From IMG/VR virus record IMGVR_UViG_3300035675_000001: DNA of 64,000 nt. One strand, 5' to 3'. The notes below the pieces were generated by a model. The model saw only the letters and a program-made list of their open reading frames with translations, was not told where the DNA came from and did no database searches. The DNA is from a virus. Lineage: Duplodnaviria > Caudoviricetes. Made by a program: the position numbers and the translations under genes. Positions 39,770 to 50,289 of the stretch are shown here, piece after piece; positions within the stretch are counted from its first letter, which is position 1, and every line of letters begins with the position of its first letter.

Positions 39770-40044
39770 AGGACCGCGTAGCTGAAACCCTGGACCGGCT
39801 GGCCAAATGCTCCTGGATACTCCAAGCCGTCAAGCGGCTGGGCCTGCCGCCGCGCCCGCCTGAACTGGCCAAGAAGGACGCCGCCGACTTCAAGCGGGAC
39901 GTGCTCTACATCCTGAAACGGATGCCGGGCGGCAACACCGAAGCCAACCGCAAACTGCTCCACGAGCAGATCAACGAGATGGTCAAGTTCCTCAACGAGC
40001 ACGACGAGGACATCCGTTTCACCCCTCGAAAAAAGAAGAAATAA
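39766..40044 (+). CDS. Hypothetical protein (92 aa)
   Basis: GTGA overlap with the previous gene. Confidence 0.45.
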   Translation: MKDRVAETLDRLAKCSWILQAVKRLGLPPRPPELAKKDAADFKRDVLYILKRMPGGNTEANRKLLHEQINEMVKFLNEHDEDIRFTPRKKKK

Positions 40045-40058
40045 ATGCACTTACACTC

Positions 40059-40087
40059 TTGACCTGGGACTTTGAATCGTTTACATT
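40059..40087 (+). promoter_or_regulatory. Sigma70-type promoter TTGACC-N17-TACATT
   Basis: Same architecture as 37223. ATG at 40095, 7 nt after the -10 box. Confidence 0.8.
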
Positions 40088-40094
40088 TCGACGT

Positions 40095-40472
40095 ATGAAA
40101 ATTGAATTACATATCAACGACACCACCTGGGGCCTCTTTGTTGATGGCGTCCAGACTGCGAATGGCTTGGTCGAGGGCGACAATCAGCCCCGCACCTTTG
40201 GCATCCACTCCAAGACCGGCGCGACCGAGTTCTATCTCGATGGCAAGGTCAGCAACCCGGAGCACGCCCGCGATGGCCGCAAGCCCCGCTGGATCACCGG
40301 CGACAAGCTCAAGGACTGGATCATCCACACCGAGACCCCTGCCGAGCGAGCCGCGCTCCTGGCCGACATGATCGCCAGCGAAGCCTACAGCCAGGTCCAC
40401 GACCGGGCCATAGCCGAGGAGCAGGAACGCCGACGCCGCCAGGTCGCGGGCGGGGGCGGGCTGGCCAGCTAA
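40095..40472 (+). CDS. Hypothetical early protein
   Basis: First ORF behind the 40059 promoter. Confidence 0.5.
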   Translation: MKIELHINDTTWGLFVDGVQTANGLVEGDNQPRTFGIHSKTGATEFYLDGKVSNPEHARDGRKPRWITGDKLKDWIIHTETPAERAALLADMIASEAYSQVHDRAIAEEQERRRRQVAGGGGLAS

Positions 40473-40495
40473 ACCGTTCTACCCTCTAAAACGCT

Positions 40496-41407
40496 ATGCC
40501 CAAAATCTGTTACCGGAAGAAGAACTTCTCGCCCGACCGCGTGGACAAGATCGAGAAGGCCAACGTCATCATCGCGGAGTATGCCGCCCAGGGATTCGAG
40601 CTGACCTTGCGCCAGCTCTACTACCAGTTCGTCTCGCGGGGGTTCATCCCCAACAACCAGCGCGAGTATAAGAACCTGGGCGATGTCATCAACGACGCCC
40701 GGCTGGCCGGTCAGATTGACTGGGAATCCATCGTGGACCGCACGCGCAACCTCTCCTCCCTGGCCCACTGGGACGCGCCCACCGACATCATCAGCGCGTG
40801 CGCCAAGCAGTTCCGCATCGACAAGTGGGCGACCCAGCCCCGGCGCGTGGAAGTCTGGATCGAGAAGGACGCCCTGGTCGGCGTCATCGAGGGCGTCTGC
40901 CAGTCCCTCGACGTGCCCTTCTTCTCCTGCCGTGGCTACACGTCGCAGTCCGAGATGTGGTCCGCCGCCATGCGCCTGCGGTCCTACTGGAAGAACAACG
41001 ACCAAGACCCGCTGGTGCTCCACTTCGGCGACCATGACCCTTCGGGCATCGACATGACCCGCGACATCCAGGACCGGCTCCAGGAGTTTGCGTTCGGCAC
41101 CGCTGGCCACAAGATCGAGCTTCGCCGCCTGGCGCTCAACATGCCCCAGGTCCAGCAATACAACCCGCCGCCCAACCCGGCCAAGATCACCGACAGCCGG
41201 GCCGAGGGCTACATCGCCGAGCACGGGGACGAGTCCTGGGAGCTGGACGCCCTGGAGCCGCAGGTCATCGCCGACCTGATCCGCAACGAAATCATGGGCG
41301 TGCGCGACGCGGACAAGTGGGACGCTGCCGTCGAGGAAGAAGACGAGCACAAGCGCCTGCTCTCCGCCGTATCCGACAAGTGGGACGAAATCACTCAAGA
41401 CCTATGA
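40496..41407 (+). CDS. Topo VI-A/Spo11/JetD-like winged-helix + TOPRIM nuclease
   Basis: LTLRQLYYQFV (wHTH with Tyr), VEVWIEKDAL, RGYTS, FGDHDPSG. Confidence 0.75.
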   Translation: MPKICYRKKNFSPDRVDKIEKANVIIAEYAAQGFELTLRQLYYQFVSRGFIPNNQREYKNLGDVINDARLAGQIDWESIVDRTRNLSSLAHWDAPTDIISACAKQFRIDKWATQPRRVEVWIEKDALVGVIEGVCQSLDVPFFSCRGYTSQSEMWSAAMRLRSYWKNNDQDPLVLHFGDHDPSGIDMTRDIQDRLQEFAFGTAGHKIELRRLALNMPQVQQYNPPPNPAKITDSRAEGYIAEHGDESWELDALEPQVIADLIRNEIMGVRDADKWDAAVEEEDEHKRLLSAVSDKWDEITQDL

Positions 41408-43030
41408 CCGACCAACAAGCCATCAAAGAGTTGAAGGCGGAGCTGAAACGCATCGCCGACAAGAACGACGACGAGTGGCGGACCACGGTGACCGTGAACG
41501 AGAAGGGCTGCTACATCGAAGTCATCGAGACCGCCGACCGGCACACCCTGACCGATGGCCGGGGAGCCTCCGTGTCCGAAGCCATCGCCAACCTGAAAGC
41601 CAACCTGCCTGCCGCGTTGGAAAGCTGGGGCTACACGGCATGAACGCGCACCACGAAGCCTACTTGAAGACAGTCGCCGACCGCTGGCTGGTCTGGATCA
41701 CCCCGGCCAGCCGCGTGGGCGGCGAGTGGCCTCTGCCGGTCCCGTGCCGGACGCGCAAGAAGGCCGTCAACTACGCCCGTGCCTGCCGCCTCCAGGGCCA
41801 GGGCACCCGCATCAGCAAGCCAACCGCATGAAACGCTACAAGGCCAGAGTCATCATCCGGGGCGCGATGGATCAGCAGCTCTACGGCACCAAGCCGGACA
41901 GCCTGCGCCGTCGCGCCATCAAGCTCCTGACCGAGCACGAGCCTGGCTGGGGCAGCCTCCAGCCAGAGCAGGTCGTCATCAGCGAGCAGACCGGCTACAT
42001 CAGCGGCAACGAAGCCCAATGGATACCCGTCGAAACCATCTACTACCACGACCTCCCGGAGAGCCAACTGGAATGGAAACGAAAATCGCAAAGCTCTGCT
42101 TCATAGGCGGGCTGGTCATCGGCCTCGCCATCGGCGTAATCGGAACAACACTCTTGACTCCGACGCAGGCCGAGCGCGAAGCCAGGGAGACCCAGGAGCG
42201 TATCCGGGCTGACCAGGACCGGCTGACCGCCATCCGCATCATGCAGTCGGCGCTGGACGCCTACCAACAAACCCTTACCAACCATGCCCCGGAAACCAAA
42301 GAAGTTCGAGGACGTTAGTCACGGGCCGTTCAAGGCGGCGATCCGCCTGGACTCCGAGAGCGGCGTGTTCGAGTGCGAATACGGCGACGAGCGGTTCAGC
42401 TCGCACGAGCTGCCCAAGGTCCGCCAGTGGGCCAAGGAGCGGCTGCGCTCCCTGTCCAGCCTGGCCTGGAAGCCGGTGATGCACGTCAACTTCGACTCGG
42501 CGGACGACCGGGTGAACAACCTCAAAAACTGCGCCAACATCCGCTGCTACATCGAGCGCGGCTACATCGCCTGGGAAGGCAAGAAGTGGCTGTTCTGCCG
42601 GTGGGTCGTGATGCCGCCCGGCCACTACATGTGCTCCGGCCCGGACCCTTCCGAGATGGAGCAGGAGCAGCACCCGATCAGCGCCCAGGACTTGATGGAG
42701 CAGCGCATCGCCCACGCCAAGGACTTCTACCCGGCCAGCGGCATGGGCGCGGCCCTGACCTTCCCCCTGGTCGAGCCGGAGAGCCTGGGGTCCAAGTCCT
42801 ACTGGGTGCCTTACACCGAGGAGCGTTACGCCACGATGCTGGGGATGCTGGACAAGATCAGGGAGCTGCGGGAGCGCATCCACCAGCTCCTCGCCTGCGA
42901 CGAAGGCTGGAATCGCCTGGCAGCCATCGCGGGCAACAAGCTCCTGGCCGCGCCCCAGTCGCCGGAGGATGGCCACAACTCAGCCGGGCACAACTGGCGC
43001 AACCCCGAAGATGCTTCCGACATACCTTGA
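41404..43030 (+). CDS. Run of coupled early ORFs (41404-41643, 41640-41831, 41828-42106, 42073-42318 with TM helix, 42284-43030)
   Basis: ATGA overlaps and genome-typical codon usage. Confidence 0.5.
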
Positions 43031-43039
43031 ACATGGGTA

Positions 43040-43068
43040 TTGACAGCGAAGTCACCTTCGTTTACATT
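43040..43068 (+). promoter_or_regulatory. Sigma70-type promoter TTGACA-N17-TACATT
   Basis: Same architecture as 37223. ATG at 43076, 7 nt after the -10 box. Confidence 0.85.
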
Positions 43069-43075
43069 TTCGCGT

Positions 43076-43510
43076 ATGGCCCACTGCGACCACAAATTCA
43101 TCGACAGCAAAGTCTGCATCAAGTGCGGATGGTCCCCCGGCGAAGCCGAGACCTGGAAGCCCAACGCGAGCCGCGTGGACTACGCCTGCCGCGTCATCGA
43201 GGCGCTGTGCAACCTTTGGAACACGGACGCCGATATGCAGGAGTCTCTGCGTAACGTCGCCCAGGACAAGCTGAACCTGATGTGGCTCAGCGAGCACAGC
43301 GCCCTGGCCCCCGGCCACGAGGCCATCTGCGCCCAGGTGTTTTGGGACACGGTGGTCACCCGGTATCCGTCCAACGGCGTCTATCAGGTCCAGGCGATCT
43401 GGAACGAGACGCTGAACCCGGAGAACAATGCTCAGCGCGTGGTGGTCTATGTGCAGCCCGCCACTTGCGTCGAGCGCATCCAACTCAACCTTAATGCCCA
43501 AGGCCAATGA
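43076..43510 (+). CDS. Hypothetical early protein with N-terminal Zn ribbon
   Basis: CDH......CIKCG. Confidence 0.5.
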   Translation: MAHCDHKFIDSKVCIKCGWSPGEAETWKPNASRVDYACRVIEALCNLWNTDADMQESLRNVAQDKLNLMWLSEHSALAPGHEAICAQVFWDTVVTRYPSNGVYQVQAIWNETLNPENNAQRVVVYVQPATCVERIQLNLNAQGQ

Positions 43511-43841
43511 ACCGCTGCCCCTCTACGATGGCGTCGCCGATGGGCTGCCGCCCGCAGTGCCCTGCGTCCAGTGCGGCTACTGCTGCAAGAAGACGCCGTG
43601 CCCGTTCGGCACCTGGGATGCAAAACGTAAACAATGCGAACACCTGACCGATGACAACCGCTGTGCCATCTACCACGACATCCTCGCAAAGCCTGGTCCC
43701 CTCTGGAGACTCGCTCCAGCCTTTGGGGCCGGATGCTGTATGTCGTTGTTCAATACCCATCGGATTCACCGGATCAGAAGAATCCGTGCGGGCCTTGACC
43801 TGCCTCCTGCTGGGTTTGCTGCGGGAGACATTAAGCGGTGA
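43494..43841 (+). CDS. YkgJ-like CxxCxxCC cluster protein
   Basis: CVQCGYCC...C...CEHL....CAIY. Confidence 0.65.
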   Translation: MPKANEPLPLYDGVADGLPPAVPCVQCGYCCKKTPCPFGTWDAKRKQCEHLTDDNRCAIYHDILAKPGPLWRLAPAFGAGCCMSLFNTHRIHRIRRIRAGLDLPPAGFAAGDIKR

Positions 43842-43992
43842 TGCCATCTACCTGGCCGTCATGCGGGCCGAGACCCTGGCCTCCGAGAACGGTGTCAGCC
43901 CGGAGGAGTTCCGGCGCGTGGCCGAGATCGTGGTCCTGGACTGGCACGTCAAGCGGAAGCAGAACCCGATGAGCTGCCTGTTCGACTGACTT

Positions 43993-46631
43993 ATGAGTGA
44001 CGACGCAACCAGTCCCTATCAGTGCCCGGTCTGCGGGTGGTGGGCCAACGATGACCAGCCCAGCGCCCTGGTGGAGCGCACCGATCCCGTCCGCAACGAC
44101 GCGCACTCCGAACAGTTCGGCGTCGAGGCCCTGGACTGGCAGGAGACCTGGAAGTGTCCCAACGACGGGACCGTGTTCACGTTCCGCAACTCGAACTGCT
44201 GATGAACGCCTCCGATCAAGCCGTGAAGAAGCGCCTGCTGGCCCAGCGGGAGACCAACCCGAACTACGAGCTGATCTTCCAGGAGCCACGCAGTCCCAAA
44301 GCCCCGGAATGGACGCCGGTGGTTCCAGGCACCATGACCACGCTGTCGGACGGCAGCCTGGCCTATCTCTGCAACACGAAACGATCTATGAGCAAGAAAC
44401 GCAAATGCCCCGAATGCAAAGGCAGCGGCGAGAGGCTGGCCCCGCCCAGCTACCCGCCCAAGCGCATGGCCGATGTGCCCCGCTACAAATGCACGGAGTG
44501 CAACGGCACCGGCGTCGAGCAGCACTTTCAGATGATGTTCTGGCGCTACGACCAGTTCCCCTACGTCCTGGCCAGCCGTGGCTTCCTCCAGGACGACGGC
44601 CTGTGCTACTGCCCCAGCTACAACGCCTGCTTCCGGCCCATCAAGGTCATGACGCTGGAGGAGGGCGGCAAGATCGCTCAGGCGCTCAGCCTGCTGGCCA
44701 AAGAGCGTGACCTGGCCCTGGCCAACCTGAACGAAGGCTTCCGCGCCCGGCGCGACGAGATTGCCCCCTGGCTCAAGAAGTCATGACCGTTACCAGCACA
44801 GGCTACTATGGAATCCCAGGTCGCATCGGCGGTCAGGTCCACGCGGTCGTTGCTGGTCGCCCTATCTGCGGCCAGCGCCTCGACCGCCGTTCTGAATACC
44901 AGTGGTGCTGCCACGGCCTCCACTGGGGCTATCTCGAATGCGAAAAATGTAAACGAATCCTGTCCAATGAAGCGCGACGTAACCAGGCGGGACACGATGC
45001 TGGAACTCCAGGGCGACACGGTGCTCTTGGACAACGAGCTGGTGCTGACGATTGTGCGGGTCATCGACGTAAACAAGCAGTGGCTCGAACTGTCCACGCG
45101 CACGCGCAAAAACTGTGAGTCGTGGCCGCTCACGCAAGAGCTGGCCAACCTGCTCAAACCCAGTAAAGACCCAAGAGCCAAATGGACCTTATGAACGAAG
45201 ACAAGCATTGCGAATCATGCGGCTGGATGCGGCCTCGCCGCCCCACCGATCTGAAACAGGAAGCGGGCTACGACAACGCCCGCCACTGGTGCGACCGGCA
45301 CAGCATGGCCACGCTGCCCCTGGCCCTGCGCTGCGGCGGCGACGAGTATGAAGCCTTCAACCAACTGCCCCGGCACCGCGAGGTCATCCCCCAGGACCAG
45401 CTCGTGGAGGGCACCTGGTATGTCGGTCGTGGCCGCAACGCCAACGTGGCGCTGTGGGGCCGGTGCGGCAAGAATGGCAAGCTCACCTTCCTGACCATCG
45501 GCTTCACCTTCCACAACCCCAACGTGAAGGACGAAGGCTACTACCGCGAGCAGCGCCATCACGGCCACGAGACCAAGGAGGGCCAGGTCGTGCGCGAGCT
45601 GGTCTCCTACGGCTGCTTCCAACCCTTCCGCCCGATCTTCGAGGGCCGGACGGTCGAGTCCCTGGGCAGTGAACCTGGATGGGATAAGCACTATGCCAAA
45701 GTCCTCGAAGTGTAATTGTCAGATCAACTACGCCATCTGGTGGTGCTCTACCCATGACCATGAACTCAACGAAGAAGGCCAGTGCTCACGATCCTCGCGT
45801 GTGGCCCAAACCCGGCGACCGCGTGGTCCGCGTCATCACCAACCGCAACGGCGTGCGCGGCGTCTTCCAGCGCATCGTGCTGGAAGTGGTCGGTGACCTC
45901 ATCATCTACACCCGCAAGCGCCGGGAGCGCCCGTGCAAAGCGCACCTGATCGACTGGCGCAAGTGGTGCAAAGAAGCCTCTGTCAACCTCACCCCCATTA
46001 CCTGGTAACCATCAACATAATTGTAAACAATGGCAACTGAACAACTCCAAGATGTGGTGATCTACGAGATCGCCACGCGCAAGGTCGAATCCATCGCCGG
46101 GCGCGACATGAAGACCACCGGCAGCTTTCACACTGTGGACAAACGTCTCGCCACGGTGAGCGAACGCCTGAACGAGCACTACGACTGCATGGCCGTGCCC
46201 GCAGGCAAATACAACAAGGGAGACGTGTTACCCGACCAACCATGAAAGAAGTCCGAATGTCCAAGGCCAAGCTCCTGGCCATCCTCAAAACCAACCGCGA
46301 CGAGCACCGCGACATTTTCCTCAAAGCTCAGAAGGCGTATCGCCAGCGAGCCATCGAGGTTCTTGACCAGCAGCTCCGCCTGGCCCGCGAAGGCAAGTCC
46401 TTCGTCCTGGCCGAGATTATCCAACTGGCCGCGCCAGAGGATCACACCGGCGACTACGACCGGGCCATCAAGATGCTGGAGTTCAGCGTGGACAAGACCG
46501 TGGTCCTGTCCGCCGCCGACTTCTCCAACCTCGTCCAAGACCAGTGGAGCTGGTCCCGGCAGTGGGCGTTCAGCAACAGCCGCTACGTGGACAGCCCCAA
46601 GCTTCGATCCCTGATGTCCGATGAATCGTGA
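43993..46631 (+). CDS. Run of small early ORFs, several Zn-binding (43993-44202; 44202-44786 with CxxCxGxG; 44783-45118; 44967-45194; 45191-45715; 45754-46008; 46030-46245; 46242-46631)
   Basis: Coupled ORFs with CxxC pairs. Confidence 0.5.
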
Positions 46632-47190
46632 GCGCAACGTCGCCCTGGCCCTCCAACGCTTCGACCAGGAATGGGCCGGGGAGGTTGCCCGCGAGAAGAT
46701 CGTATCCACCTGCTCCAAGGGCTGCTCAGCCTGCTGCTCCGAGCCGGTCTATTGCTCCAAGCTGGAGGCCCGGCTCACGCTCCGCTACCTGCCTGATGCC
46801 GAGCGGCCCGGCGTGATCGAGCGCACCCGCGCCTGGCTCACCCAGGCCAAGGCTACGGACATCCTGGACATCGCCGAGCCACACGTCATGGACTACCTGG
46901 CGTGCGGCTTGGTCTGCCCATTCCTCAAGGACAAGCTCTGCCTGGTCTATCCCAACCGGCCCTTCGGCTGCCGGTCCCACTGCGCGGTCGGCCCGGCCAT
47001 CAAGTGCTCGACCGACCGGCTCCACCAGACCTACGCCCGGTCGCCCAAGCTGATCGCGGTCACCGGCGCAGTGATCTTTAGCCAGCAGTCCGAGGGCGAC
47101 CACCTGGGCGTCTGGCTCTCCCGCCTGCTGCTCCAGGCTCCGGTCCAGAGCGAGGCCCATGTGTCGGTGGATGACCTGCGTGGTAGCTAA
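46621..47190 (+). CDS. YkgJ-family cysteine-cluster protein
   Basis: CSKGCSACC ... CPFLKDKLCLVYPNRPFGCR. Confidence 0.85.
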   Translation: MNRERNVALALQRFDQEWAGEVAREKIVSTCSKGCSACCSEPVYCSKLEARLTLRYLPDAERPGVIERTRAWLTQAKATDILDIAEPHVMDYLACGLVCPFLKDKLCLVYPNRPFGCRSHCAVGPAIKCSTDRLHQTYARSPKLIAVTGAVIFSQQSEGDHLGVWLSRLLLQAPVQSEAHVSVDDLRGS

Positions 47191-47193
47191 GGC

Positions 47194-47478
47194 GTGAAAA
47201 AGATCGTAGGTGAAGTTGTAAACGAAAATGACCCGCCCCAGGGAACGGAGCGGGTCACCGAGCCTACTACTACGCTGGCTCCCACACTCACCTATGCCGA
47301 TGAGCGCGAGCGCCAGAGAGCTTTGGAAGTCATCGAGGACTTGATCCAGCGGACTTCTTCGGACGCCTCGCGGGCACTTTACGTGCAGCAGCGCGAGAAG
47401 ATTTTGCGGGCTTCGATCCAGGAGAAACCTTTCCAGGCTGTGCCGACACTGGGGCCTTTCCCTTCCCACGGGCGATGA
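47194..47478 (+). CDS. Hypothetical protein
   Basis: GTG start 4 nt after GTAGCTA. Confidence 0.4.
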   Translation: MKKIVGEVVNENDPPQGTERVTEPTTTLAPTLTYADERERQRALEVIEDLIQRTSSDASRALYVQQREKILRASIQEKPFQAVPTLGPFPSHGR

Positions 47479-48100
47479 GGTTTTCCAGGGCACGGTCGTT
47501 CTGCTTCGCCAGCATGTCCGAGAAAACTACAGCGGCATAGGCGTAGAATCTGATCTCCCGCATATAGTCGTAGCCGCGCATGTTGCACATCCAGTGGACG
47601 ACATCCATCATCTCCTTGTCGTCGGCAAAGTCACCCACCCGCTCCGGCAATCGCTTCACCACCTGGTAAGCGCAGGCGTGCGCGTTGGAGCCGGGATCGC
47701 GGTTCTCGATGGTGACGCCCACGACCGCCTTGTGCTTCCTCCACCACTTCTTGATGGCCTTGGGATCGTCGGCCACGAACGCGCTGACCTCGATCTTGTA
47801 ACTGTCCTGGTTGACGTAGCGGGCGTAGTAGATCGCCGGGACTTTGAACTGGGTCTCAAACTCCTCGACCATCAGCCTGCCCAGGCTATGGAGGTCCGTG
47901 CCGAGCTTGAAGCTGACGCCGATCTTGAACCAGTGGGTCTCGTAACCGGCCTTGGCCCACTCGTCCCGATACTTCTGAACAGCGGCTTCCATTTCGGCCA
48001 GGCTGATCTCGCCCAGGCAATTCTTGCAGGCATCCTCGAACTCGTCGGGCGTGCCGTGCTTGCGCCTAAGCGCCTGCTGCTTTGGTGATAGCTTTTGCAT
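47330..48100 (-). CDS. Hypothetical protein (256 aa)
   Basis: Genome-typical codon usage. Converges on 47194-47478. Confidence 0.55.
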   Translation of the reverse strand: MQKLSPKQQALRRKHGTPDEFEDACKNCLGEISLAEMEAAVQKYRDEWAKAGYETHWFKIGVSFKLGTDLHSLGRLMVEEFETQFKVPAIYYARYVNQDSYKIEVSAFVADDPKAIKKWWRKHKAVVGVTIENRDPGSNAHACAYQVVKRLPERVGDFADDKEMMDVVHWMCNMRGYDYMREIRFYAYAAVVFSDMLAKQNDRALENLIARGKGKAPVSAQPGKVSPGSKPAKSSRAAARKVPARRPKKSAGSSPR

Positions 48101-48563
48101 TGATTTGTGCTTCGATGATGGGCCTGAGTTGCGCGGGTCGGTAGGAAGGCCCTTTCATCCATTTGCCGTCCGCTCTGCGATAACCGTCGATGAACTTGCT
48201 CATGTTGCTGGCGTGGACCTCCTGCCAGCCCGGCTCCAGCTCCGTGCCCATCGCCACGCCATTCCCGATGGAGAAGACCATCAGGTCGAGCGTCGCGTCG
48301 TAAGCCTCCACGATGGCGTCCACTTCATTGGGGAACTGCTTCATCCCTGACGGGAACTCGAACGCGATGAAGTTCTCCGTGGCCCCGCCCCGGTTATTCA
48401 GGTCGATCTCGACACCCCAGGCGTTGGCCAGTTCACACAACTCCTCGGCCAGCCACTTGAGCCGACCGATGCGGACCTCCAGGCTGGGCAGCGTCGGGTG
48501 CGCCGGGCACTCCTGCTGCGCCTTGACCATGAACTCTCTGATCTGTTGTTGCTCGTTTGTCAT
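48066..48563 (-). CDS. MazG-like/PRA-PH-type nucleoside triphosphate pyrophosphohydrolase
   Basis: EELCEL ... DATLDLMVF..G ... EVHASNMSK...DGK.MKGP.Y.P. Confidence 0.8.
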   Translation of the reverse strand: MTNEQQQIREFMVKAQQECPAHPTLPSLEVRIGRLKWLAEELCELANAWGVEIDLNNRGGATENFIAFEFPSGMKQFPNEVDAIVEAYDATLDLMVFSIGNGVAMGTELEPGWQEVHASNMSKFIDGYRRADGKWMKGPSYRPAQLRPIIEAQINAKAITKAAGA

Positions 48564-48934
48564 ATTGGTTGTTGTTCAAACTCTATCCAGAACGAGATTG
48601 GGGCCTTGCGGGCAGCCTGGGGGATGGTCGGCTTGGGAAACCGCTGCCACTCCGGGCAGGTGAAATTGATCTCCACGTCGAGCTTGCCCTCCTTCCAGGT
48701 CAGAATCCACGGGTAGAGACGGCACTCGGTCGGGCGGTATGGATAGACCGAGCAGTGGTTCTTGCCCTGGAGGTAATAGCAGGTGCCGTCCTCCTTGCGG
48801 AGCAGGCGTTGTAGCGTGGTGCCCTCGATGGGCGTCGTGAAGCCGCGCCAGAAATCAGCCTCGCCCGGCATCAGGATCGGCGGGCCAACCGTGGACCGGC
48901 CACAGCAATGGCGCTGGCAGTCTTGGCAGCTCAT
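48560..48934 (-). CDS. YkgJ-family cysteine-cluster protein (124 aa)
   Basis: CQDCQRHCC ... CYYL....CSVYPYRPTECRLYP. Confidence 0.82.
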   Translation of the reverse strand: MSCQDCQRHCCGRSTVGPPILMPGEADFWRGFTTPIEGTTLQRLLRKEDGTCYYLQGKNHCSVYPYRPTECRLYPWILTWKEGKLDVEINFTCPEWQRFPKPTIPQAARKAPISFWIEFEQQPI

Positions 48935-49283
48935 TTTTTCCGGTAGTAGTGGGTCTTGCCGCAACGGCAGAGGTAGCCCTTGCCCTTGAGCTTCTTCATC
49001 ACAATGTTGACGCCGCAACAGCGGGTCGGGCGGGGCAGCGCCATGACGATGCGGGCGCTCACGAGTATCCCATCGCCTCCATCTTCTGCATGACGGGATC
49101 AACAGCCTCGACCACGAGGTCCGACTGTCCCTTGGCCAGCTCGACACGACCGCCCCCGGTCTGGTCGATCAGCCAGCACATCCACTCGGTCTTCCGGGTC
49201 CAGGCCAGCTCGAAATAGAGGTAGGGGTTGTCCTCTTTGGCAGACTCAAAGAGGCGCAGGGCGCGATGTAGCGTTTCTTCCAT
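48931..49283 (-). CDS. Two small ORFs: 48931-49044 (37 aa, Cys-rich) and 49059-49283 (74 aa)
   Basis: MALPRPTRCCGVN...CRCGKTHYYRKK. The 49283 ATG has CGTTCT 9 nt upstream. Confidence 0.4.
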
Positions 49284-49324
49284 ACGGATGGAAGAACGGA
49301 ATCCACGCCCACAGGGCGGCTTGA

Positions 49325-49504
49325 CTACTTGATGGTGTAGGCGACTGCCTGGATGGCAGCCAGGAAGTTGTTCAACGTGCGGACGGCCTTGCTCCGGCGC
49401 GTGTAGCCCTCACCGCACTCGGCGATGACCCGGCCACTGCGCTTGGCGTGCCAGCGCCAGCCGTCCTTGCCCTCGAAGAACTCGATCATGACTTTGTTTT
49501 TCAT
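49325..49504 (-). CDS. DUF1508/YegP-like protein (59 aa, below the ORF-track cut-off)
   Basis: Manual translation MKNKVMIEFFEGKDGWRWHAKRSGRVIAECGEGYTRRSKAVRTLNNF..., matching the W.W....G.+IA..GEGY.....A pattern. Confidence 0.7.
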   Translation of the reverse strand: MKNKVMIEFFEGKDGWRWHAKRSGRVIAECGEGYTRRSKAVRTLNNFLAAIQAVAYTIK

Positions 49505-50286
49505 AGCTCAACTCTTGACTCGGCCAATTCACAGGTTCGGCAGAGAATGTCCATGCTTGGATCAAGCTGGCCCGCAATGACTCGCAAGTATTCCGGGCTG
49601 CGGTGCAGATCAGCGTAGTTCTGGTTCACCAGGTTGCCCAACACATGCTTGAGAGCGTAGTCCATGCAGCAAAGCACAACGTCACCCGAAGGAAGCAGGA
49701 CGTTGCGCTTCATACTCACGCCCCTCTGGCAGCGAATCGGTCCTGGCGCAACTCGCCCCGCCAGCTCAGCCACGTTGCCTGCCCGACTGCTGGGCCAGCT
49801 TCCAATGACCTCCGTGCTCCACCCAAACAAGGCCGCGACGCGGTGGTTAATCTTGCCGAAAAACGAAAAGTGGCAGCCAGGCCGCGCACACTCTTTCAGG
49901 GTCTCAAGGTAGCGGTCTGTGACCTCCAGGTTCATGCGGCCACTGTCATCCGGCAAATGAAGGCTGATCCGATTGGCAGGGACCAGTTTCAGTGTTTCCA
50001 CGTCGTCACGGGTCATTCCTTGCGTCGTCGTAAAGACGGTCACTGGGTTACCGCGCTCAAGCGCGAGCCGAATCATCCGGCCACAATCCGGGTTGATGAA
50101 CGGCTCGCACATGCCGCCAAAATCCAGCTCTGCCTCCCTGGGGAGTTTGCTGAGGCACGTTTGAAACAGCTCCAAGGACATGAAGCGCGGTCCCTGGTAG
50201 GCCCGCGTAATCACGCGCTGTGGGCAGTAGGGGCACGCCACAGGGCACCCCACAGCAGTCGTGATCTCCATGCGCTCGCTATTCAT
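49501..50286 (-). CDS. Radical SAM protein with SPASM/twitch domain
   Basis: CPVACPYC, FGGMCEP.INP, TT.G, G.V.LCC.DY...LGNL...C..C. Confidence 0.88.
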   Translation of the reverse strand: MNSERMEITTAVGCPVACPYCPQRVITRAYQGPRFMSLELFQTCLSKLPREAELDFGGMCEPFINPDCGRMIRLALERGNPVTVFTTTQGMTRDDVETLKLVPANRISLHLPDDSGRMNLEVTDRYLETLKECARPGCHFSFFGKINHRVAALFGWSTEVIGSWPSSRAGNVAELAGRVAPGPIRCQRGVSMKRNVLLPSGDVVLCCMDYALKHVLGNLVNQNYADLHRSPEYLRVIAGQLDPSMDILCRTCELAESRVEL

Positions 50287-50289
50287 AGC

